The notes beneath the pieces are model-generated. The model had not been told where the DNA came from. It searched no databases and saw only the letters and a list, made by a program, of their open reading frames with translations. A stretch of DNA of 64,000 nucleotides from Leucoraja erinacea (taxonomy: Eukaryota): the NCBI RefSeq assembly GCF_028641065.1, contig NC_073394.1, positions 23,994,001-24,058,000 of the forward strand, given 5' to 3'. The position numbers and the translations under genes were made by a program. The first letter of the stretch is position 1. Every line of letters begins with the position of its first letter. Positions 34,041 through 47,287 of the stretch are shown in pieces.

Positions 34041-34860
34041 CTAGACCAACTGGGACCTGTTGGGTCCCTGTCACATGGGATGCCTGCTACCCCACCACTA
34101 ACTTGTAGCCCCCACGGGAGCTGTGGTTCCCCAACCTCAGATTCCACCCCTCCCCCAGCACTGGACTTAAAAAAAAAAAAGAAAGAAAAAATTCCAATTA
34201 CAATTCACTCTCCCCCTCCTGTTCAAGCACTTGCTGCCAGGAGCTGGAGTTGCAAATGTCGGATTGAAGGACTGAGATCCCATTGTGACGTTATAGCTCC
34301 TTTCAGGTGAAAACCTGGTGGAAGCACAGTGTTCCTGGATTGCAACTTTGAATGAAAGTTTGTGGCAAGCTGGGCCAGCAAGGATTTAACAGTAAAAGCC
34401 CTGTCTCACGGAACGAGTTCATTCCAAGAGCTGTCCCGAGTTTGCCCTGATTCGAACTCGGAGATTTACAGTAATGGGTACTCGGGGCTCTCGTGGACAT
34501 TTTTCAATGTGTTGAAAAATCATCACGAGTCTTGCCGTTAGCGAGTCTTCCCTAGTACCTGCCGTTAGCGTTACGAGCCGCTAAGAGACGTCCCCGCTAC
34601 TACGAGACATCCGTGCTTACTACGAGTTTGATTTTTTTTTTAAACTCAGGAGAGCTCTTGGAATGAACTCGTGGGACAGGGCTTTAAAAATCTGTTTAAA
34701 CTTGGAATTTTTTAACTTAAAAATCATGAATAACTTGTGAAATATAACATCAAATCTGAAGGCAACTTGACAAGACCAAGGTGAGTAAGGTCGTGCAAAA
34801 ATGTTCGCGCTACCCTGTACCGTTTTGGTGGAGTTCCAGGATCACATAGGACAACAAACA
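34041..34860 (-). mobile_element. Helitron-like non-autonomous element (3' end clear, 5' end uncertain)
   Basis: Minus strand GGGACCCAACAGGTCCC hairpin-AGTTGGTCTAG|T. Confidence 0.6.
34396..34684. mobile_element. PIF/Harbinger-type MITE
   Basis: TIR AAGCCCTGTCYCAC plus subterminal GAGTTCATTCCAAGAGCT; TAA at 34393-34395 and 34685-34687. Confidence 0.75.
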
Positions 34861-35166
34861 GCATTGCAAAATCCAGATAAAATCCTGGAAAAGACTGCTC
34901 CACCTATTCCAACTCTACATGTCAATACGTAAAAGTATACCATCTCCAAACCACTGAATTTCTAGTATTGCTATTTAAAATTAAGAATGAGATCAAACTT
35001 AATTTATAAACAGGGGAGGCACAAGTTTTGGTGGCATTTTGAAAACCTGCAAAAACATAATTACAAGCTTCTCTGATTTCTGTTCAAAAGACCATTGCAG
35101 ATGGAACTAATGTGCTAATATTGACAGTCTGGTGTTGTCAATGGGGTTGGTCACTGCATTTATTAC

Positions 35167-35284
35167 CTGTCCACCACATCCCTGTGCACCTTCTTCCAGT
35201 TCTCCTTGTCTTTGTCAGTTCCTATCTCAGGGTGAAGTTCCTTCAGGTTCACACCCGCAACATTCATGCCACTCCACACAGGCA
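35167..35284 (-). CDS. LDHA: LDHA exon ([38 protein letters not shown])
   Basis: tcag acceptor; gtaata donor. Confidence 0.95.
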
Positions 35285-35833
35285 CTGATGAAAGAACCAA
35301 AAATAATCAATATAAAGCAGCACTTGAAATGACACAGCATTTCTCAATTAGCACGAACTCAAAATATCTGTTTTCTTTTTAAAAAATAGTTCTGACATTG
35401 TGGCAAGATTATAGTTACTCCATACAATCAGGGTTGGTTTATTATTTTAATGTGTACCACGATAGTGAAATGCTATGGTTTGCGTGCTATCCAGCCCTTC
35501 CTTGAAAGAGAACATTTAATTTCATTTCCCCCTTTTGATTTAGCCCTTTATACCATTAGTTCAGAACAATAATAAAATAGGTTAAGACACTTGGTTCTTC
35601 AAGCCTCATCACCAGCCAGTGATTGTGGCCAAGCTGCCCCAGACTTTCTCCTCTGTCAGTTCCCCTGAGCTCTCAATCCATATAGTTCTAAGTCTCTCAC
35701 AATTACTGCAAGCAGCTGTTAAAGATATCCGACAGCTCTCTGTAGTAACTGACCTGCTCAACATTGACATTTGACCTACTTCAATTTCAACCAAAGGTTC
35801 CAGCATAAATTGGAACAGCTCCGGTAGACATAC

Positions 35834-36007
35834 CGCTTGAGTCTCCGTGCTCGCCAATCACCCAGCCATGACAGCTGGAGCTGTGGATTCCAAGTCTCTC
35901 CCCCATGAGGTATCTGAAACGTGCAGAGTCCAGGTTGCAACCACTACCAATAACACGGTGCATGGGAAGGCCACTCAACTTCCACGCCACATAGGTTAGG
36001 ATGTCCA
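35834..36007 (-). CDS. LDHA: LDHA exon ([30 protein letters not shown]...GEHGDSS)
   Basis: tcag acceptor; gtatgt donor. Confidence 0.96.
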
Positions 36008-37807
36008 CTGATGGGGAAGAGAGGGTGTAAGAGAAAAAAAATTAATGCATGTAGAATAAGTCTCAATGTAACAGATTTGTTCACTTCTTCCTCACTCTAT
36101 AATAAATAGATCCTCTTCTGTAATTATTAAACAACCACTTATAACACTGGATGCTAATACACAGAGTACACTAGAGCTAGTTCATTTGCTTGATTGCCTT
36201 TGCCATTTTAAAAGCTTACTTCTGTGTTTTAATTCAGGCACCTAAAACTGAAGAATAATGCAATGGATTTCTGAGATTTATTTTGACGCTGGGGATTAAA
36301 TTCTGAAGTTTTATTATTCAAATACATGTTATTACAGTAAACTCCAAAGTGACTTGATCACCTTTGTTGTTGAGACATTGGCAATGATGTTTTGTACTGG
36401 TGTTCCCCGTTCAAGGTATTTAACAGAAGGAGTCCAACCTGCTCAGCTTATTCCGTCACCCATTTCTATTGTGCCACCAAACCCCACCCTAATTCATTCT
36501 CACGTTTGCCTCGTTTATATGCCACTTGCATTTCCCTGCCACCATCCTCCCACAAATGCACAAGATCTGCAAGAAACCTCGAAACATGCAGATCGAGTGG
36601 CCTTTAACTCATGATACAAGCTGTAGGCTAAATACTCTGGTGTAATGGGCTCACAGAGCAACACCAGCCATTGCAGGCTGAGAGCTCTTCCAACAAAGTA
36701 CAAGTGCAAGCAGAAACAAATGGGCAAGGATGTGTTAAGCAATCCTGAGGGCAGTACACAGGTAACTTGACAAGAACAATTTGGTACCAGATAAAAAAAA
36801 TGGCGTTTTCCCAATTTGAAGTGATAGGTCAGTGGATATGGAATAGGCAACATGAAAATTTTACATACAACAAACATGTCAACAAAGATTAGGAAGGAGA
36901 GTCTTGATGATTTGGAATAGAAGTCATTCTAAAGATAGAATTTGAAATGACCAGAGAAAAAACCCCACTGCTGGAGATTTACTGGATAACTGAAATAGAT
37001 AGGAATGGATCCAAACAATGCCACACTAAAAGCACATCGAAGAGAACCAGGGATAATGGTCTAAAGAGATTTCTCATCAATTACAAATGTTGCCATGGAT
37101 GAACAATTATAGTTTGCAGGAGTCAAGAATTTCCGTCATTTCATGGCAACAACATTAAATTAATAGGCCAGATGTACAAGTTTTGAATACAAAGCAATAG
37201 GCAAAGACTGCATTAAGCCAAAACCATGGACTAGATGGTTGGACAAAGGTCTAGCCCCTTCACCTGTATTCACCCATCACTTGCCAGGCTTTGTTCTGTC
37301 CTCGCCTCTTCCAGCTTTCTTCCCTCCCACTACAATGTCCTGAGCCAAAACATCCCCAATCTATGTTCTCCAGAGATACTACCTAGACCCGCTTAGTTAC
37401 ACCAGCACTGTATTTGTTATGTACTAGATGCATTGAAACTGGACCAATTAGGAATGGCGAATCAAAGATGGGCTCTATTGTAAATGATGCTGCAATGCCT
37501 TCAAGTATCTATTTTGTTAATTAAAATTCCAATTTAACTAGACTTCCTGTGTATTTTATTTAAGACTATGTTCAATATTAGATAATTGTTTGCCTTACTT
37601 AGAATATGGAAGCATTAATTCAGGATGGATTTTGTCATCAGCTAACCAGACTAATAACCCATCCTACTATGCCCCCCAAAAAATAGCGACCCTTTCATCA
37701 ATAATGCTTCCCTGCTGAACACAGCACTAAGTATTTGACCACGACCTCATTTATAATGTCAAACCCACAATAATTTCAAGCCCTTGATCCCTCCCACGTG
37801 CACTCAC

Positions 37808-37981
37808 CTGGGTTGCTCACGATGAGCAAGATACAGTCTGGACTGTATTTGACTATATCCGGAATAATATGTTTGAAGATATTCACATTACGCTGAACCA
37901 GATTCAAGCGACTCTCTCCCTCCTGTTGTCGAGCGCCAGCTGTGACAACAACCAACTTGGAACCAGCGCTGACACAATAAT
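37808..37981 (-). CDS. LDHA: LDHA exon ([31 protein letters not shown]...VSNP)
   Basis: acag acceptor; gtgagt donor. Confidence 0.96.
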
Positions 37982-38577
37982 CTGTCAAATGAACAAAGTA
38001 ATTAGTCTCATCTGCCAATGACACCATCATTTATGATCCAATAAATGCTGATAACTGCTCTGAAAGGTTTGCATAACTTCCACCTCCACAATGTGTACAG
38101 GAAATAATATTCCAGCCCAACCCATACACAAAAGACCCTGATCACTAGGAGGCTAAACAAACTCTTGCAGAGAATTGCAGTTCTAGATCTTGGCATCCAA
38201 TTTCATGCCACCTTGACCCATTGTTCATAGTTTAAGTCACTGACATTCTTCGTGATATATTTGATCTAACAATTCTATGTCAAGATTACCAAGTTTCCCG
38301 CATTATTCTTTTGTTTAATGCTATTCTCTACCTCCTCAAACTGTCCATGAAGGACATTTATTATCACCACTGTTTTTGAGTTTCTGATCAATTCAAAGCA
38401 CATGAGCAAATGCACTAGCTAATCCTAGCATGACCCTACAACATCTGTAATATGTAATCAGTCCAACAATATAGTCGCTCTAATAGTGCCATCATTTTTA
38501 ATACTGCATCGTGTGATTAACTGGTAGGATAGTATTTTCTGGAGGCAATCTGAAAACAAACAGGATAAGCATGCCTG

Positions 38578-39214
38578 CTGATCTTGTACTCTTCTGGTTT
38601 GCTGGGTTTTTTTATTTGCGCAAAAACGGTATATATATATATATAATAAGAGACGGAGACGGGGAGACACACGGAGAGGCAGGGGGAGGGAGAGAGGGGC
38701 AGCTGTGGAAGGGAATAACTGCAAATGCTGCTTTTTATGGATGGAGGGAGTGACTGAGGGTAGGGAAAGGAGAGGGAGAGATTGGGGGAGTGGAGGAAGA
38801 GAGGGGAAAGATCCTGGAGAGGTGAGGAGATTGACGGAGAGGAAGAGGTAGGGAGGGAGAGGTGAGGATAGTGGGGGAGGAGGGGAAAATAGAGGGAGAG
38901 GAGGGGGAGATAGGTAGTGGGGAACAGAGGGAGAGAAGGGCAGTGGGGAGAGGTCAGGAAGGATAGCGGGGCGATAGGAGGGGGGAGGAGTTATGGAGGG
39001 AGGGAATGACGGAGTGGGTAGGGGAAAGGTGAGGAGAAAGAAGAGGGAGGGTGAAGACGAGGAGGAGGGAGTGCTGCAGGATGAGATGAAATGAGCCATG
39101 CCTGCGCAGTTGGGGGCTATGGGCGAGTGGTGAAATATATTGTGTTGGGGAACTGGTTGCGTTGGGGGACCAGGCCTCCCGTGTGACGGACCCAACGGGT
39201 CCCACTTAGTCTAG
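38578..39214 (+). mobile_element. Helitron-like non-autonomous element with purine-rich interior
   Basis: 3' GGACCCAACGGGTCC hairpin-CACTTAGTCTAG|T; 5' end appears truncated. Confidence 0.65.
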
Positions 39215-39428
39215 TTGTTCATTAAAAATGCCTCTATTGACCAATTAAATTATTCATCTCAGAAACACAGTCAATCAGGGAGATGCTGAGATAATGCTCG
39301 CCTTGGTGTCACACCGCTCCCCAGCAGGTCCCACAACCTATCTTCTCCTCACCCCCAACCAAAATACTTGCTGGCATTCATCACGATTCCCACCTCTCCC
39401 ATTCCCTAGTCCAAAACATTACACTCAC

Positions 39429-39546
39429 CCTTGCCCGACACAATCTTGGCAGTGTGGAGGAAAAGGCTACCATGCTGCAGGTCCATCATCTCCCCCTTCA
39501 ATTTATCCTCCATTACATCCACTAGAGCCAACTCATCTGCCAGATC
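39429..39546 (-). CDS. LDHA: LDHA exon ([39 protein letters not shown])
   Basis: ttcag acceptor; gtgagt donor; not in the ORF track. Confidence 0.95.
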
Positions 39547-40145
39547 CTGAAACAGACAACCACAAATCACACATGTTCAAGTGGGCAAGACACCAAGAGG
39601 CTAATGCCATGAAGTCCTGCAGTGTTACGGTTTGATTGTTTTTTTCTTTCAAGTTACATACTTCTGGCTTGGATAACATTTAACTACAAGTTTTATTCTC
39701 TGCCCCATCCTCCTTCTACACGGTCCCACAAACTCTCTCTCCCTCCACCAAAACACCTGTTGACACTTTCACAATTCCCCCCACTCCCAACATAAATGAG
39801 TGTGGGACGAAGTGGGGGTGGAAAATTATACAGCATTTCTATTGCTGATAGCTCTCGGAAAGGTTTGCTTGGTGGTTGTTCAACTACAGGCAACATCATT
39901 CCAGGGTAGCCAGATGAACAATGGCAAGGGATCCTCAGCCTGCTAGAATCAGCATCTTGAGTGGAGGTGTGGATAATAGAGAGATGGTAAATGAACAGAA
40001 TTCAAATTTGGCAAATATCACAATCACATGCAAGCGACTTCGAGGCATGCCAGATTTTCCATTTTGAAGGGTTCAATAACTATGGCATCTACATCACTCT
40101 TGTCCTGGTGGGATTTACAACTCTGTCACCCAAACCTTGTCTTAC

Positions 40146-40274
40146 CTTCATCAAGATGCTGATGGCACATGCCATTCCTACTGCACCCACACCAACAACT
40201 GTTATCTTGTTGTGTGAGCTCTTGTCTTGGGATGTCTCCAACTGGCCAATTAGCTTTTCCTTCAGGTTTGCCAT
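40146..40274 (-). CDS. LDHA: LDHA first coding exon ([10 protein letters not shown]...[16 protein letters not shown])
   Basis: ATG at 40274; gtaaga donor; acceptor tag/cag 5-8 nt upstream of the ATG. Confidence 0.95.
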
Positions 40275-43200
40275 GTTTGCTGCTAACAAGAAACAATAGA
40301 CATCAGTTCACTCATCTTCAACCACTTCCCCAGAAGTCAACTGTAAATTTAATTTTAATTTTAAAGACATTTTCTGTCACCAATTCAAAGTCACTTGGTC
40401 TGCTCGAGTCCTTGCTGCTCGAGGCATGATAATAACCAAATTCACTCGTATATAGTCCAATTCCATTGCTGATTTTAAAAACTGCCAAGTTACATTTAAC
40501 TCAACTTGCCTCTTTATGATGGAATTTCTAATGTGAGAATTTCTACACATAGAGTAAAAAGGATAAGCTCTGCGGATGAGCCGATTAGCAGTCTGGTTAC
40601 TTTCGCCAATGTACCGAAGGATTATAGTCGAATGCCATAGACAACAGTTTCAGGTTCACTGCAGTTCAAAGTATATTGATAATAAAAGACAGAAAACACT
40701 ATGAAATAGACAATTTGAGGCAAGAAGCTTGGGTAGCTTCGAACAATGAGAAAATCAAAAGGAACAAAGTCAGCAAAATCAAGTTATGCGACTTGCAGCT
40801 CAAATCAGGACAAAAATGTTAGAGCAGGGAAGCAAAAAGAAAATAGCTGAATAAATTTGAACACCGTCCTAATCTCTGATTGCCAAGCTAAAATGACAAG
40901 CAGATAACGTAGATTTAGGCATTCGAGAATCAATTCATTTAGGGTAAGGAAGGTTTAAGGAGCATACTATACAAGTTTATCAATTGCTAAAATGAAACTA
41001 CTGCTCCATTTTCCAGAATCGGGAAACACTTGGTCAAGTTAAAAGTAGAAAATAGATTCGACACAAGCACTTCTGTCTAAACTAGATCTGGGAAGTAGAT
41101 GGATGGAAACATCTGCATAATGTTATATTAGAGGGGGCGAACAAAATGACAGGTGACATTTATTTTATTTTATTTATTATTTTCTTTTCTATTTATTTAT
41201 TTATTAGGGGTACAAAAGGTTACAGTAATACACACCACATATATCTTATTACATTTGTTGTACTCCTTCATTTTTTGAGCTTTAAGATTTAAGGTTAAAT
41301 TTTGATTGTCCAAATTGACCACTGGGACTTTGTGCTGCACACTTCAGTATTTCCAGAGATCACTCCAGTTACTCTTCCCAGTTACTCTGCACATTGTTTC
41401 AGAATCAAATATGCACAATAAATAGACTGTGAGATGAAGATTTGCACTTACTTTGCTCTTCAAAACCCTACTATGCCTTTGTAATTGTTTCTCCATAATC
41501 TCACATTGCTGGTAAATGTCATTGACAGGTTCTTTATTTTTTTTTAATACAATAATTTAAATTATTTCTGCTAAGGTTAATTTTTTTCTCAATATTGAGT
41601 CAGTATTATATTTCAACTAATCTGCTTGATTATATACCTGACCCAAATCAGTAACCCCTACCCAAGCGCAAAATTAGTTTCTGCATCCAGGCTATATATG
41701 GCAATAATGTCAGGTTAGCCGAGACGTAGAAATCTTGCCGAGTTACAAGCCAATAACTACTTAGTCGCAATCAATAAAATGACAAACCTTGCATTCTGCA
41801 CTGATTTATGAGCTCAAGTTTCCACCTTTCTATTCAGGAATGGGTTGGTGGGGGGTGGGGTGGAAGAGGTTTCCGCAAGTAGTAAATCTCTCTCTGCTCC
41901 CTAGGTGGAATGCATTGCAAATAACCTTGTCCTGTGACCTTCTTTCCTCCATTTTATGTTGGTATCAGGTTTTCACATTTCACTCATCACATTTCCTCGG
42001 TCTACAGAATTTAATTCCCCCCCCCCCACTTTTTTGCCTTTTTTAAATATCCAATTCTTCACAACGCTGGCTGGTTCTGACTACTTGTCCTTCATGTTGG
42101 TTTCTCACTTACCAAGGTAGGAGTAACATTGAGTATTACAAGTGCATTTACCCAGCCACACTTGCCTTCCACCAATCTCTTACAGATCATCACCCAGCCA
42201 AACAATTATGCAATGTTGTGGACTCTTAAGACTGAACCTGGGCTGCTCAGGACCATCTTTGTCCAAATCTTCCAGGCTATTAACTAGGCTTCCCTCAACC
42301 ATTCCGACCTCAACTGATTTATCATTGTTCACTAACACATAAAATAATCATATCACCAATATCCACATTCCAGTTGCCTCAACAACATTTGGTTCAATTT
42401 GAATGGTCCACTGCTGGATGCTATTTCATCAAGACAAAGAATGGGAACACTTATATGACATTATCCAGCCACTCCGGCTTGTAAGGCATGAAATCTTCAA
42501 GTCTGTCGCAGCATTTTCAGATGACCCATTGAGGCACTCGTCACTATCGCTCAAGAAATAAAATAACCACTCATGGCCCATCCTACCTCTTCTGCATTTT
42601 GCAGGCTGTGACCAATCACAACTGCATGTTCTAGCTTCCGATTTACTGCAGTACTGGCAATAAGTACAGATGGCCATTTAGGATGGAGACGCAGGAGAAA
42701 GCATGGAGAAGCATTTAGTAGTTTCATATTTTAAACATTCTAATCATGGTATTGATAACCTTTTCCTGGGAACCTCTGGTCCATGACCACCTAAGTGCAG
42801 AAGACTATTTGAGGTGGCATTTGAGTACAGAAGCTACAGAAATCCTAAGTGGCAAAAGAACACACCTCACAAACCACCCATTCACGCCCTCACTGCCACA
42901 TTTGTGGATGATTCCACCATTCCCACATTGATCTCATCCACCGCCTCAAAAACAACAATATCAAATCATCTTTAATTCCTAGCAACTAACTATCAAGTTG
43001 AGATAAACGGCCAACTGTTGCCAACTAGCATCAGTCCAGTGATCAAGGAAGGAAGAAAAATTACAGGGGAAAGCAGCAAATAAGTCATTACTGCACAAGG
43101 ATCGCATGGCCATGTAAGAAACTACAGATGGCGGAATCTTGAGCAAAAAGCGAAGTGCTGGAAGAACTCAGCAGGTCAGGCAGCAGCTATGGATGGAAAA

Positions 43201-46200
43201 GACAGATGATGTTTTGGTTCAGAATGCTTTATCAAACCGATGGAGGAGGGGGTGGGGAGAGAGGGGGGGGGGTGGAGCAAAGCTTGGCAAGAGAGATGTA
43301 TACAGGCGAGATGGGGATTGGCAATAGAGGGTGGCAAAGGCTAGAGGCGAAATAAGAACAAAAAGGTGTTGGGTAAGGAAGGGTGAAATTTACAGCAGGA
43401 GGGAGGGATATGGGTGGAAGGGGACTAATCAGTCTGGAGGGTCCCGAGCCAAAATGTCAGCTGTCAATTCCCTCCCTAGATGCTGCCTGACCCACTGAGT
43501 TCTGTTTTGTTGTTTTGCCAAAGATCACGTGGTACTTTGAAGCACTAAAACATAATGGTTAACAGATGAATCAGCAGAGAAGTTATTCATTGTTCTGCTA
43601 TTAAAAAGCAAGTCATCTTTACAAAGAATATTATCTATCTCAAGTAACCACACCCAATAACGTGCAAACAGCTACACAGTGACACAAGTGAAGATCTTGA
43701 AGCAGCCAAAATATTTTATATAAACATTAAATGGCCGAGAAGAGGTAAATTACCTCAATAGTACAAAACTAGCTTTGTACTAAAAGTTATAGTTCAAACA
43801 CTTAATAAAATTCAACAATGGCTAATCTGCACATTGGAAGAAGTGGATAGAAAATTAACTTGTGCGGATGTTGCTAAATCAACTTCCTCTTGCATTAAAC
43901 CAGGTCGTGGCCTTACATTGCCAATGCAATATAGAAACATAAATAGGTGCAGTAGTCGACCCATCGGCCCAGCACCGCCATTCAATATGATGATGGCTCA
44001 TCATCTACAATCAGTACCCCATTCCCACTTTTTCCCCCATATCCCTTGATTACTTTCGTCCCAAATAAATGTAACTCTTATGTACACAAATTCTTAGGTA
44101 CACAAACTGTTACTTAGGTAACAGTCTTTGTGTACCTTCGATTTTCCAGCATCTGCAGTTCCTTCTTAAATAAATTTAACTCTTTCTTGAATCTATCAAC
44201 ATCCATGAAATTATGCAACCATTAGCTTCCTTGAATAAGAATTGCATAGTAAAGGAATCTATTTTGAATGATGAAACTGGCACAAAATACCAGTCTTTTA
44301 TCACATAGTATTAATCGTTATTGAGCTAACATGTCGAAGTCAAGACCTGAAATGCATGGGTACACATGTAAGAAATATGTAGAAAAGGAAAGCAACTTGT
44401 GGTTAGGGTTTGTGTTTTTAAATTAGCTTTCATTGAATTTCCATACAAAATATACAGTTTTGAAAACCCTAGTTGCCTTTTGCATTTCTTGCATTTGTAA
44501 GTCAAGTTCAGTAAGGTTTAATTTGTGTGATTGTGAAATTTCTTATTAGACAAGAGATCCATTCTCCATGGGGAGCTGTAACCAGTGATCCAGTAGTGGA
44601 ACTGTCTTTTAACTCCATTAAAACGTCCATCTAACCAATTTAAACTATATCTGATGCTATATAAAATGCTTTGCAAGTTATTAAAATTTTAAGTCAAAAA
44701 AATGCAAGTTCATAATCAGTGGGATTTACGTGGATCTGAAGATACTAAAAGGTCAGTTATTGAAAGCTTTGGGAAATATTATTTAGTCATTTCAAAATGC
44801 CACAAGCTTAATTGTGCAAGTTCCACATTCTCAAAGAAAAGCATCCGTCATGAAACCAGGTTCAGTAATATGAAACCATCCTTTAATCATTTTGAGCAGG
44901 GTTACAAGTTTAATCATACTATCGTGCCAGATCATAAAGAACCAATGGGTTTTGCTTGGTAGAGGAAACTATTCCACAAACGGAAAGAATCACCAATTTG
45001 CACTCTTACTGCAAACAATTTTTCCGTAAGAACAGATTTAGTATGGTTGACCACATTGGGGAGGTCACCACCTCTTCTACTACACAACACTAGTTCCATT
45101 CTTCACTATCCAATCATAGCCAGAGAACCAACAGGCAATGCACTCCATGTTCTCTTATGATTCCATTGAAGCTCCATACCTTATTTGTCTATTCAAGTCA
45201 ACTGATGCTCACATAAAAGTAGACCATCTGTTTTACTGATGACATTCTGCTCACTGTATTGTTACCTCTCTCAACTCCTCCAAACATCTCAGTTGTCTGG
45301 TTGCCTGGATTTTCATTCTGGATCAATCAAATACAGGGGAGGAAATCAATGCCACCATCTTTTCGTGGTGTGATGAAGGATAGTGCTAGTTGCTAAATTC
45401 AAGGGAATATTGGTGTATTCTTGATAAAAAATCAACCTCTATTGTGATTCTCATTCCACCAAGAATGTCTACCTCTATATCAGCAGACACTGTGCCTGTT
45501 TTGCCTAATTGCCGACTGAAGTGCTCTATGCATGTTGCTATTTATAGATTTTGCGCTCTTGGCTGAGCTCAAGTCTACCTTCCCTAAAATAGAGCTCACC
45601 CATGTCCTAACTTGCATTGCCCCATTGACTTATTACCTGTACTTACTGAATGATACTGGCTTCAGGTTAAGCTGTTACATTACTTAACTCTGCACCTTGG
45701 TGATTGCCAGTCAACCCCCCCCCCCCCCCCCGACACTCCTTCCCCCAGAAAAATGGCACTACTACTACTGTATGTATATATATATTTTATTGCTCATTAT
45801 TCTATGTTCGCTCTTTTGGGGAGATGCTAACTGCATTCCGTTGTCTCTGTACAGTACACTGCACAATGACAATATAGATTGAATCTGAAATGAAGGTTGA
45901 AAATACGTTCCCTTCAGTTCATCTGCTGCTGCCACTAACCCTGGATCCCAACCCCCACTCCACCTCTTCTCCAGCCCCAGAAACGAAATCTCTGCTTCCT
46001 CCATTGGTTCTCTTGAACCCTCACATTAATGACGTCACCATCCCTTTAAAGCTCCAAAATCCCCAAATCTACGTTTCCATCCATCTCAGGATACCAAAGA
46101 TACTCAGTCATGATATGGTAAATCGCGGTCAGAATTTGTCAGAAAACACTGTTGTTCAGCGCCGTTTAACGATATTGAAGGCACAAAATACATTGTTGCT

Positions 46201-47287
46201 CACCCCTCCCCCACTTTGAAAGCCCAAACCCATAATTACTCTATTCCTCACATCAGCCCATTGACATAAATGGTTTCTAATGCAAATATATCAAAGGGAA
46301 AAAAACATTATATTTTACATGTGAATTTGCCAAAGGAATTTTGGAAGTCATTTTACACATGCCATTCAGGACAAGACATGTCGTCACGTACGTCATATTT
46401 ATCCCGCTAGATTACAAATCTTCAAGTATTCTCCCACATTTATATAGAAGTGTGCAGGTTCGAATTTCATTTTACACAAAAATCGTATTGATCAGTCTGA
46501 AGAGGGGTCTCGACCCGAAACGTCGCCCATTCCTTCTCTCCATAGATGCTGCTTGTGTCTCTACCTTCGTATTAGCCAACTTCACGTGGTTTCAAAAGTG
46601 ACCAGCATATATGTGATAGCCTTTAATGGTTTTATACAACAATTTTGAAGGAAACATCGAGTTCACCACCAACTGGGTGAATTGTAATTCAATGTTAGAC
46701 CAATCTTAGCTCAATCCATGAAAGTCACCGCAGAAAATGAACGAGAGCAACGGCAGGGATACTTTTGCAACTAAAGGGCATCGCATGTATTCTGTCAACG
46801 GTGTTGGGTCGAAGAAAGCAATTGTTTAAATACTCGAATGGAATGAAGGTTCATATCAGAGCTGACCTGTGACTCCAAGTCACGGCAGAGCCGTGGTGTG
46901 GGTGCAGGTTAATTCATTTATAAATCCCACCCCACCCCGGTCGGGAGAGTAGTGCTGCCCCTTAGCACTTGTGTGCTCAGCAAGGCGAAGCCTGCGCCAT
47001 CGCACCAGGAACTCAGCACCATCCAATACAATTTCAATGGGGCTACGCCAAACACTAAATGAAAGCAAATACTCTTGCACCATGCTGCGACAGTGTACAA
47101 CGATATTTTAGTAGCGATGCAACTTCATTTCCTAAAAAAACAATTTACGTCAACACAGAGCTTCCATTTATAACATGCAAAATTGCGCAAAGGGTAAACT
47201 GCATGCAACCATTTACGTATATTCCGGTGATAACTATTTGTTTAAATACTGTAAACCACTCCAGCCACTCCAGCTGTTGCAACTTAC

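Larger units (their letters stand above)
33274..40274 (-). other. LDHA: LDHA gene (L-lactate dehydrogenase A chain), 7 coding exons, 333 aa
   Basis: Exons of 129, 118, 174, 174, 118, 124 and 165 bp total 1002 bp; [22 protein letters not shown] and GEHGD motifs intact; adjacency to TSG101 supports A over B. Confidence 0.96.

Noticed and set aside
38458-39195. 245-aa Pro/Ser/Leu-rich ORF on the LDHA strand
   Set aside because: Low-complexity interior of a repeat; LDHA is complete without it.
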